Below, one piece after another: positions 26,172 to 32,000 of a stretch of DNA of 32,000 bases. The stretch spans positions 720,001-752,000 of the forward strand of contig OZ007020.1 in assembly GCA_963931495.1 (NCBI GenBank), given 5' to 3'. Position numbers and translations under genes: made by a program. The notes below the pieces were generated by a model. It saw only the letters and a program-made list of their open reading frames with translations. It had not been told where the DNA came from and did no database searches. Source of the DNA: an uncultured Alphaproteobacteria bacterium. GTDB lineage: Bacteria > Pseudomonadota > Alphaproteobacteria > Rs-D84. Positions within the stretch are counted from its first letter, which is position 1; every line of letters begins with the position of its first letter.

Positions 26172-26939
26172 ATGAATGTAAATCAAGCATTTGAAATCTT
26201 GCAACGTGCCGGCGGATTACGCGCGGCACGCATAATCACTGAAAATACACAAAAATTTTCAAAAATAAAAATTTGGTGCATGGCGCGTGCGCTGCGTCGC
26301 GGTGTCCCAGTTGCCAAAATTATTCACCAAAAATGGTTTTATGGCATGCAATTTTACACCAATCGCCATACGCTGGACCCACGACCAGATACAGAAACAT
26401 TGGTTGCGGCGGTAATTTCAGATTATAAAAACAGCCATCCATATGTGCTGGATTTAGGTACCGGAACTGGGTGCATCATCGCGGCAATTGTGGCAAACAT
26501 TGTCGGTGCAAATGGCGTCGGAATTGAACAATCGTATTGTGCGCAACGCGTGGCACGTAAAAATATAAAAAAATTGGGACTGGATACCCGCGTATGTATA
26601 CGACACGGCAATTTTAATTCACCACATATGACGCATGAACGATTTGATGTAATTGTATCTAATCCGCCGTATATTGCATATGGCGATACACGTGTTAATG
26701 ATGGCGCGCGACATGACCCACAACGTGCACTGTATGCCCAGCACGATGGATTGGCGGCATATGAACGAATTGCCCGCAATGCCAAGAACTGGATTTGCCC
26801 AGGTGGAAAAATATATCTGGAAATCGGCGATGGTATGATGCGCAGTGTACGTAAAATATTTACAAACGAATCATGGAAATTTATTCGCAGCGAACGTGAT
26901 TTATCTGGCAAAATTCGCGTATTAGTATTCCAAGTGTAA
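26172..26939 (+). CDS. prmC: Peptide chain release factor N5-glutamine methyltransferase
   Basis: The ATG at 26172 is preferred over the GTG at 26151. LDLGTGTGCI (SAM-binding motif) and VSNPPY (catalytic NPPY). Confidence 0.88.
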   Translation: MNVNQAFEILQRAGGLRAARIITENTQKFSKIKIWCMARALRRGVPVAKIIHQKWFYGMQFYTNRHTLDPRPDTETLVAAVISDYKNSHPYVLDLGTGTGCIIAAIVANIVGANGVGIEQSYCAQRVARKNIKKLGLDTRVCIRHGNFNSPHMTHERFDVIVSNPPYIAYGDTRVNDGARHDPQRALYAQHDGLAAYERIARNAKNWICPGGKIYLEIGDGMMRSVRKIFTNESWKFIRSERDLSGKIRVLVFQV

Positions 26940-26953
26940 TATAATATTTCGTC

Positions 26954-26982
26954 TTGTTTTTAATATTCACGCGGTATGTAAT
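26954..26982 (+). promoter_or_regulatory. Putative sigma70 promoter for leader L3
   Basis: TTGTTT (26954-26959) -N17- TGTAAT (26977-26982). Confidence 0.3.
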
Positions 26983-26989
26983 CCAATTG

Positions 26990-27205
26990 TTAATGGGTGT
27001 TCCATTAATGGGGCGTGGAAACCTCTGCACATGCGTCGGGATACATACCTGTGGCGCGCAACATGCGCCCATTTTAGCGTTGTGTTACGACGATAAAAAA
27101 CTCCTGGCCTTATTTGGTCAGGAGGGTTGTAGAATATCAAATACACAACGCAATTCATGTGATTGTTTCCAACCTCCTGACCACCATAAAAACTGGTGGT
27201 TTTTT
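26990..27205 (+). promoter_or_regulatory. Structured 5' leader RNA copy L3 ending in an intrinsic terminator (candidate riboswitch/attenuator)
   Basis: 5' hairpin ATGG/CCAT. GAAA-loop hairpin at 27010-27025. Proximal arm CTCCTGGCC (27101-27109), middle GGTCAGGAGG (27116-27125), distal CCTCCTGACC (27173-27182). Terminator ACCACC/GGTGGT plus a T-run (27180-27205). Confidence 0.55.
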
Positions 27206-27232
27206 CGTTGTAAAAAAAGTGGGAGTTGGACT

Positions 27233-27619
27233 ATGAAACATAGTATATTTTCTGTTATTGGCGTGGTATCAGTAATTATGTTGCCGTACACGGCATTTGC
27301 CGTCAGTGGTAGCGGTGGCAATATTGATTGGGACGGGGTTGACCATTGCATATCTGGGTGCATAAATTGTTCAGTATACGAAACGGCGTCGTGTTGCATT
27401 GTGTGCAACGATAGCAGTGCGGGCGGCGGTGGTGGAAGCGGATATGCATGCACGTCATATGCCCAATGCCCCAGTATATCCGAACGAATCCTGTATACAG
27501 ACATTGGTTCGGCGGCATCAGTTGGTGATGCAGGGATGGCATCATCAAACAATATATGCTTTGACATAAATGGCATTCAATACTATAAAAAATCGGCTGT
27601 GTCATGCCGTACGGCATGA
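27233..27619 (+). CDS. Secreted cysteine-rich protein (128 aa as written; probably the N-terminal part of a frameshifted longer gene)
   Basis: Start re-picked at MKHSIFSVIGVVSVIMLPYTAFA (signal peptide), with a GGGAG Shine-Dalgarno. CISGCINC..CCIVCND CxxC motifs. The in-frame upstream part of track ORF 26954..27619 covers the leader and terminator and is rejected. Confidence 0.6.
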   Translation: MKHSIFSVIGVVSVIMLPYTAFAVSGSGGNIDWDGVDHCISGCINCSVYETASCCIVCNDSSAGGGGGSGYACTSYAQCPSISERILYTDIGSAASVGDAGMASSNNICFDINGIQYYKKSAVSCRTA

Positions 27620-28103
27620 CACAAAGGTAAAATATACAATACATGGGTGCAGTGACATCGTATTTTACGAATGCCTGTATAACCGAACCACACCATCCAC
27701 CGGTAATTGCGATGAATCAACATGCGTGCCCGATGCATGGGAATTGATAACAAACGGTTCAACCAAGGCTGTCCAGGCCAGAACCCATCGTGGTTGCAAT
27801 AATGCGGGTCAATGTGTGGAAACACTAAACCGCCAGGTACGCTGTCCCACAGGATATTGGGGATTACCAAATATAAACTTTTCCGACGCAATTACCGCAT
27901 GGTGCGAAAAATGCCCATCCCATGCATCGGGCACGCAAACAACATCCGGTCCGGGCGATATTGCCTCAGGCGGACAGGTTGTTGGCGGCGGAACAGCGGT
28001 GGGTACCGTTCCAATCACAGAATGTTTTGTGCCCGCCGGCAATGGTGATTCTGACGAGTCTGGCACATACGTATGGACACAAAATTGTTACTATGCAAAT
28101 TAA
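27570..28103 (+). CDS. Cysteine-rich protein lacking its own signal peptide (CPTGY / GTYV module); likely the +1-frame continuation of 27233..27619
   Basis: RCPTGYWG, CEKCP and ECFVPAG..DESGTYVWTQNCYY are homologous to the C-terminus of ORF 17751..18038. It overlaps the upstream ORF in the region of an A6 run (27587-27592). Confidence 0.5.
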   Translation: MAFNTIKNRLCHAVRHDTKVKYTIHGCSDIVFYECLYNRTTPSTGNCDESTCVPDAWELITNGSTKAVQARTHRGCNNAGQCVETLNRQVRCPTGYWGLPNINFSDAITAWCEKCPSHASGTQTTSGPGDIASGGQVVGGGTAVGTVPITECFVPAGNGDSDESGTYVWTQNCYYAN

Positions 28104-28130
28104 AAAACGGGGCAATGCCCCGTTTTTTTT
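28102..28130. terminator. Bidirectional terminator shared by the Cys-rich locus and groEL
   Basis: Stem ACGGGGC (28107-28113) / GCCCCGT (28117-28123), with A6 before and T8 after. The T-run overlaps the groEL stop codon. Confidence 0.7.
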
Positions 28131-29745
28131 ACATCATGCCCGGCATTCCGCCACCCATTTGCTGGGCCGGCTTTTCTTCGGGAATTTCAGACATCACGGC
28201 CCCAGTTGTTAACAAAACGCCCGCTGTGCTGGATGCCGCCAAAATCGCTGTTTTAACAACCTTGGCCGGATCAATAATACCCGATTTCATCATATCAACA
28301 TATTCGCCGGTCTGTGCGTTGTATCCAAAGTTATAGTCCTTGGATTCCATAACTTTGCCGACAACAATTTCGCCCGACGTACCCGCGTTTTCGGCAATTT
28401 GGGCACATGGCGCAACCAGCGCACGACGAACGATATCAATACCGACATTCTGGTCAGTGTTTTCGCCACTTAATTTTGCCAATGCCGCCGTTGCGCGTGC
28501 CAATGCAATTCCACCACCCGCGACGATGCCATCAGAAACCGCCGCGCGTGTTGCCGCCAATGCGTCATCAACACGATCTTTCTTTTCTTTGACCTCTACT
28601 TCGGTCATACCACCAACCTTGATAACTGCGACACCGCCGACCAATTTTGCCAAACGTTCGGCCAATTTTTCACGGTCATATTCACTGGTGCTGGTGGACA
28701 TCAGTTTGCGAATTTCATCCGCACGTGCGTTTATCGCGGACTTGTCGCCACCGCCGTGCGCCAACAGTGTTGAATCTTTGGATACGACAACTTTTTTCGC
28801 ACTGCCCAACACATCTGTGGTAATGTTTTCAAATGTCATACCCATATCATCTGACACAACCGTTGCACCGGTAACCGCGGCAATATCTTTTAACATTTCT
28901 TTGCGTCTGTCGCCAAATCCAGGCGCCTTGACCGCGCATACTTTTAACCCACCGCGCAATTTATTCAGAACCAATGTTGCCAACGCTTCGGATTCAACAT
29001 CTTCGGCAATTATCAACAACGGACGACCAGATTGTGCCACAGGTTCCAAAATTGGCAACAATGCCTGTAATCCGGTGATTTTCTTTTCAGAAACCAATAT
29101 CTGGGCATTGTCCAATTCTGCCAACATTTTTTCGCTGTTTGTGACAAAATATGGTGACATGAATCCTTGGTCAAATTGCATACCTTCTACGACATCAATT
29201 TCTGTTTCCAGACCCTTGGCTTCTTCAACAGTTATAACCCCTTCTTTACCAACTTTTTCCATTGCGTCGGCAATCTTTTGACCGATATCTGCATCACTGT
29301 TTGCAGAAATTGTTGCGACCTGGGCAATTTCGGCACTGTCTTTGACCGGGCGGGCGTGCTTTTCAATATCTGCAACAACCGCCGCCGTTGCCATGTCAAT
29401 ACCGCGTTTTATATCCATCGGATTCATGCCTGCGGCGATGACACGACGACCTTCGCGGATAATCTTTTGCGCCAATACGGTTGCCGTGGTTGTACCATCA
29501 CCAGCATCATCGCCAGCTTTTTTTGCAACTTCTTGGACCATGCGTGCACCGATATTTTCTTGGGGATCTTGCAATGACACAGCCTTGGCCACAGTAACAC
29601 CATCTTTGGTTGCGACCGGGGCACCATATGATTTATCAATTACAACTGTACGTCCCTTGGGGCCCATAGTAATCTTGACCGCGTTGGCCAACTTGTCAAC
29701 GCCCGCCGCCAATTTATCCGTATCAAAAACGATTTCTTTTGCCAT
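28129..29745 (-). CDS. groL: Chaperonin GroEL (60 kDa)
   Basis: 538 aa. [25 protein letters not shown], and the C-terminal GGM-type tail (MGGGMPGMM). Confidence 0.97.
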   Translation of the reverse strand: MAKEIVFDTDKLAAGVDKLANAVKITMGPKGRTVVIDKSYGAPVATKDGVTVAKAVSLQDPQENIGARMVQEVAKKAGDDAGDGTTTATVLAQKIIREGRRVIAAGMNPMDIKRGIDMATAAVVADIEKHARPVKDSAEIAQVATISANSDADIGQKIADAMEKVGKEGVITVEEAKGLETEIDVVEGMQFDQGFMSPYFVTNSEKMLAELDNAQILVSEKKITGLQALLPILEPVAQSGRPLLIIAEDVESEALATLVLNKLRGGLKVCAVKAPGFGDRRKEMLKDIAAVTGATVVSDDMGMTFENITTDVLGSAKKVVVSKDSTLLAHGGGDKSAINARADEIRKLMSTSTSEYDREKLAERLAKLVGGVAVIKVGGMTEVEVKEKKDRVDDALAATRAAVSDGIVAGGGIALARATAALAKLSGENTDQNVGIDIVRRALVAPCAQIAENAGTSGEIVVGKVMESKDYNFGYNAQTGEYVDMMKSGIIDPAKVVKTAILAASSTAGVLLTTGAVMSEIPEEKPAQQMGGGMPGMM

Positions 29746-29772
29746 GATTTATCCTTTTTATTATTCTTAAAT

Positions 29773-30060
29773 TTATTTCAAAATTCCCAATATGTCTGTT
29801 TCTTTGATCAAGACATAATCTGTGCCATCAATTTTAACTTCGTTTGCAGATGACGCCCACTTGGCAAACAACACAACGTCATTAACCGCCACAGACATTG
29901 GCACACGTTCATCACCATCGTACACCCCGTCGCCAACCGCAATCACACGACCACGCGATGGTTTTTCTTTGGCATTATCAGGAATTATGATTCCACCTGC
30001 TGTTTTATTTTCTTCTTCTATCCGTTCCAACAGAACATAATTATGCAAAGGCTTGAACAT
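29773..30060 (-). CDS. groS: Co-chaperonin GroES
   Basis: Start re-picked at MFKPLHNYVLLERIEEE, with an AGGAG Shine-Dalgarno 8 nt upstream. Mobile loop KTAGGIIIPD. 95 aa. Confidence 0.93.
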   Translation of the reverse strand: MFKPLHNYVLLERIEEENKTAGGIIIPDNAKEKPSRGRVIAVGDGVYDGDERVPMSVAVNDVVLFAKWASSANEVKIDGTDYVLIKETDILGILK

Positions 30061-30109
30061 ATTCATATCTCCTTTTAAGTTTTGTTCCAGTACACTTGTT
30101 TCTGGGTAT

Positions 30110-30139
30110 GGATATAGTGCGTTAAAACACGATTTCAAG
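30110..30139 (-). promoter_or_regulatory. Possible RpoH (sigma32)-type heat-shock promoter of groESL
   Basis: On the minus strand, CTTGAA (30134-30139) -N16- CTATATCC (30110-30117). This resembles the alphaproteobacterial sigma32 consensus CTTG-N17-CYTATNT. No CIRCE inverted repeat was seen. Confidence 0.35.
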
Positions 30140-30198
30140 GCTTGATTTTAATCCATTGTTATAATACGCTGGGACTTGTTCAGATAAAAGAGGAAACA

Positions 30199-30546
30199 AT
30201 GTACGATAATAATAATATTTTCGCAAAAATCATTCGTGGCGACGCCCCATCACGCAAGATTTATGAAGACGATTTTGCACTGGCATTTGATAACATTGCA
30301 CCACGCGCAAAGACACACGTATTGGTCGTGCCCAAGGGTGAATACACCGATATATACGATTTTACCGCAAATGCACCCGCGGATTTACAGATTGGATTCT
30401 GGGGCGCGGTTCGGAAAACAGTTGATACACTGGGACTGGGGAATAATTTCCGGATTGTTGCCAACACGGGCCCAGGCGCCGGCCAAAGTGTATTTCATTT
30501 CCATGTGCATGTTATGAGTGATGAAAAATTCAAATCAGACTTTTAA
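30199..30546 (+). CDS. HIT family (histidine triad) nucleotide hydrolase
   Basis: Start at MYDNNNIFAKIIRGD, with an AAGAGGA Shine-Dalgarno. Histidine triad HFHVHVM. 115 aa. Confidence 0.85.
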   Translation: MYDNNNIFAKIIRGDAPSRKIYEDDFALAFDNIAPRAKTHVLVVPKGEYTDIYDFTANAPADLQIGFWGAVRKTVDTLGLGNNFRIVANTGPGAGQSVFHFHVHVMSDEKFKSDF

Positions 30547-30751
30547 TGTTCGCGTTATCCCACGCGCACGAAAAGATGACATTACTGTTGACCCAGATGG
30601 TACGTTGCGCGTGCATACAACCGCCGCCCCCACAGATGGGGCGGCGAATGATGCAGTTGTAAAAATAATTGCCAAACACTTTGATGTCGCAAAATCCCAG
30701 GTTAAAATCATACGTGGCGCAACATCACGTAATAAAATAATTCAACTGTGA
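30518..30751 (+). CDS. DUF167 (YggU) family protein
   Basis: 77 aa. V.V.PRARKD......G.L.V...A.P.DG.AN......IAK.F.V.KS.V.I..G..SR.K matches the YggU pattern. Overlaps the HIT gene's 3' end. Confidence 0.7.
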   Translation: MMKNSNQTFNVRVIPRARKDDITVDPDGTLRVHTTAAPTDGAANDAVVKIIAKHFDVAKSQVKIIRGATSRNKIIQL

Positions 30752-31299
30752 TAATTTAATATTAAATCAAATAATTCTGAAACATCCGCAGAACCATGAA
30801 TGTTATAATCATGGATGCTTTCAATAAAACCACAGCGCTGCATATGAATAAACAGCCGCACAAACGGAATCCAGAACCCCGCCGTGTTCAAAAAGAACAG
30901 TGGCTTTTGCGATTCACCAATTTGCTGCATTGTCATGATATCTGTTAATTCATTTAATGTACCAATCCCACCAGGCAAAATGATAAACGCATCAGACAAT
31001 TCAAACATACGTTGTTTACGTTCATTAACACCATCCACAATTTGAATTTCTATGCCATCATGTACTGGTTCTTGTTTTTCTATGACATTATTTGTGGACA
31101 CACCGATTACACGACCGCCATTTTCAATTACCGCTGATGCCACTGTACCCATTAATCCAACATCACCACCCCCAAACACCATACGCATATGATTGTCGGC
31201 CAGAAACTTGCCAATTTTTTTTGCGTCACGCGCATAGTCTGGATTTGTGCCAAATTGATGCCCACAATATACCGCGACCGATTTTAATATTCCTGCCAT
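30742..31299 (-). CDS. LOG family protein (TIGR00730; cytokinin riboside 5'-monophosphate phosphoribohydrolase-like)
   Basis: 185 aa. VFGGGDVGLMG and the PGGIGTLNEL (PGGxGTxxE) motifs. Confidence 0.85.
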   Translation of the reverse strand: MAGILKSVAVYCGHQFGTNPDYARDAKKIGKFLADNHMRMVFGGGDVGLMGTVASAVIENGGRVIGVSTNNVIEKQEPVHDGIEIQIVDGVNERKQRMFELSDAFIILPGGIGTLNELTDIMTMQQIGESQKPLFFLNTAGFWIPFVRLFIHMQRCGFIESIHDYNIHGSADVSELFDLILNYHS

Positions 31300-31349
31300 T
31301 TTTTATTTTTCCTTTATTTTTGCGAATTATATCATAAAATGGCATTACT

Positions 31350-32000
31350 ATGAATCAAAAGTTTGTGGATTTTATGCATAAATACGCCGGAATGCGGTTG
31401 GCCGTCGCGGTCAGTGGTGGCGTGGATTCTGTGTGTTTACTGTGCTGGATGGCCCAGATTGGTGCAAATGTGATATGCCTGCATGTAAATCACGGTTTGC
31501 GTGCCAATGCAGAAATTGAAACAGAATATGTACGCCATTTGTGCCATAAACTGGGCGTGGAATGCAAAATTTTTTATTGGACGGGGGATAAACCGTCAAC
31601 TGGACTGGAAGCGGCCGCCCGCGATGCACGATATAAATTCATGACTGATTTTTGCCATGAAAATAATATTGATGCACTGGTTACCGCACACCAGGCAGAC
31701 GATCAAATTGAAACATTTTTTATGAATCTGGGGCGCGGCAGTGGATTGTACGGCTTGGCGGCAATGCGCCCGGTTACATATCGCGATGGGGTAAAAATTC
31801 TGCGTCCGTTATTAAATGTACCGCGCACAGAACTGAAAAAATTCTGCGATGATAATGGTATTAAATATTTTACGGACGAAATGAACAGCGATCCGCATTA
31901 TACACGTGTTCGTATTCGCCAAAATCGTCATTTGGTTGGCGAAAAACTGGGAATCAGCGATGCGCGTATATTGTTGGCGATACAAAATCTGGGGCGGGTA
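31350..32000 (+). CDS. tilS: tRNA(Ile)-lysidine synthase, N-terminal part (runs off the window)
   Basis: Not in the track because there is no stop in the window. MNQKFVDFMHKYAGMRLAVAVSGGVDSVCLL carries the PP-loop SGGxDS. HQADDQIETFFMNLGRGSG is typical of TilS. Confidence 0.85.
   Translation, partial: MNQKFVDFMHKYAGMRLAVAVSGGVDSVCLLCWMAQIGANVICLHVNHGLRANAEIETEYVRHLCHKLGVECKIFYWTGDKPSTGLEAAARDARYKFMTDFCHENNIDALVTAHQADDQIETFFMNLGRGSGLYGLAAMRPVTYRDGVKILRPLLNVPRTELKKFCDDNGIKYFTDEMNSDPHYTRVRIRQNRHLVGEKLGISDARILLAIQNLGRV

Noticed and set aside
18500-27205. Interpretation of the three repeated ~220-nt elements as MITEs or other mobile repeats.
   Set aside because: There are no terminal inverted repeats or target-site duplications. 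Orientation is always fixed relative to a downstream gene of the same family, and each copy ends in a terminator just before the Shine-Dalgarno. This fits duplicated cis-regulatory leaders better.
27587-27630. Classical -1 programmed frameshift at the A6 run, stimulated by the downstream hairpin.
   Set aside because: The -1 frame (AAA ATC GGC TGT ...) runs into TAA at 27628-27630. Only a +1 or -2 change, or loss of one A, connects the two Cys-rich ORFs. Canonical -1 PRF therefore cannot produce the fusion.
30061-30145. CIRCE/HrcA operator upstream of groES.
   Set aside because: No TTAGCACTC...GAGTGCTAA-like inverted repeat is present in the region.

Overview
This 32-kb window comes from a compact, gene-dense Gram-negative chromosome. 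It encodes BamD, MurJ, RlpA and an outer-membrane beta-barrel. The housekeeping proteins look alphaproteobacterial (for example S4 ending LVVEFYSR), but that assignment is only an inference from memory. The backbone genes are: xerC/D-like (partial), SIMPL, trpS, rpsD, lemA, csp, lysS, tRNA-Gly(GCC), tgt, an M16 peptidase, queA, era, dcd-like, bamD, murJ, rlpA, smr, htpX, tdk, tRNA-Arg(ACG), an M23 peptidase, prmC, groES/groEL, HIT, DUF167, LOG and tilS (partial). Many long ORFs in the track are antisense shadows or artificial N-terminal extensions, and starts were re-picked accordingly.

The most interesting signal is not protein-coding. A structured leader of about 220 nt occurs three times: 18500-18720 on the minus strand, 23395-23618 on the plus strand, and 26990-27205 on the plus strand. 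Each copy ends in a hairpin plus T6 intrinsic terminator 20-35 nt before the start codon of a gene for a signal-peptide-bearing, cysteine-rich secreted protein. The three copies share the same helices with compensatory base changes. In all three, a central segment can pair with two mutually exclusive partners, which is the signature of a switch. I could not match it to any riboswitch class I know. The controlled genes form a paralogous family with eukaryote-like furin/EGF-style Cys repeats. One member is split by a frameshift at an A6 run that is followed by a perfect hairpin.

Secondary points: a 1.2-kb AT-rich islet at tRNA-Arg is flanked by 35-bp perfect direct repeats. It carries an Abi_2/HEPN gene, iteron-like TGTGCAAA repeats and a tRNA-like remnant. 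A 470-aa orphan protein has a RelA/SpoT-like nucleotidyltransferase signature. An M16 peptidase is wedged between queA and tgt.
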